Shown in pieces: positions 63,555 through 64,000 of a DNA stretch of 64,000 bases. The position numbers were made by a program, and so were the translations under genes. Every line of letters starts with the position of its first letter. The first letter of the stretch is position 1. Under the pieces are notes generated by a model. The model made no database searches. It was not told the origin of the DNA and was given only the letters and a program-made list of their open reading frames with translations. The stretch comes from Podarcis vaucheri (lineage: Eukaryota): assembly GCA_965113315.1 (NCBI GenBank), contig OZ220368.1; one strand, written 5' to 3'.

Positions 63555-63699
63555 TCACAGAGTAATAGTAGTAAGGTAGCTCCTATTGCACAGAGCAAGC
63601 CTCAGTTTTTCTTGGGGAATAATTTGCCTACACAAAGCCTAAAAGGTGGTTCAACTATGTCCAGTCTTTGTTAATCATTTGTTCCAGTGTGTTTACCAG

Positions 63700-63835
63700 T
63701 TACTGGGAATCATAGGCAGGGAGAGCACAGGTCCTGCTTTTGGGCTTTCCACAGGCTGCTGGCTGCCACTGAGAATGGGATACTGGACTAGATGGGCCAC
63801 TGGCCTTATCCAGCAGCTCCTTCTTATGTTTATAT
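63700..63835 (+). mobile_element. CR1-related 3' tail fragment
   Basis: ACTGGACTAGATGGGCCACTGGCCTTATCCAGCAGCTCCTTCTTATGTT is the forward version of the tail at 6279. A weaker copy lies at about 30960-31060. Confidence 0.65.
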
Positions 63836-64000
63836 GGCAGTTATAGGACAAAGAACACTCAACTTTTTTCAAGTGGGTTTGTTAATGCACTAGGCAACAT
63901 AGCACGTTAATTGTGCAGTTCGCAAGTTCCTAAAGACTTCAATCCCTCCATAAAGGCACTGTCTGTTGGTTCTTTCATAAAATGCGTAGACTAGTTTTAA

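Overview
Vertebrate nuclear DNA, not prokaryotic. The repeat content (CR1, L2, RTE-BovB, L1, Tc1/mariner and hAT MITEs) points to a squamate reptile, probably a lacertid lizard (inference). I spliced the genes by hand from GT/AG boundaries and reading-frame phase. Left to right: (1) an unnamed minus-strand gene with at least 16 phase-consistent exons (830-10602, about 750 codons) encoding three tandem C2-like beta-sandwich repeats; (2) CCDC17 on the minus strand (14 coding exons, 14835-24697), directly upstream and on the same strand, with one copy of the same repeat type; (3) a candidate solo LTR; (4) a U5 snRNA gene with DSE, PSE and 3' box (27464-27580); (5) complete KIF2C/MCAK on the plus strand (21 exons, 28536-51020, 720 aa); (6) a decayed L1 ORF2; (7) the 3' part of ARMH1/C1orf228 on the minus strand, convergent with KIF2C. 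The most interesting signal is the triple-C2 gene. It may be in frame with CCDC17 through a splice donor that overlaps the CCDC17 stop codon, which would give an undescribed zinc finger / coiled-coil / 4xC2 protein resembling ciliary C2 proteins. Most ORFs in the supplied track are exon fragments or noise. Family and orthologue assignments come from recalled sequences; no database search was run.
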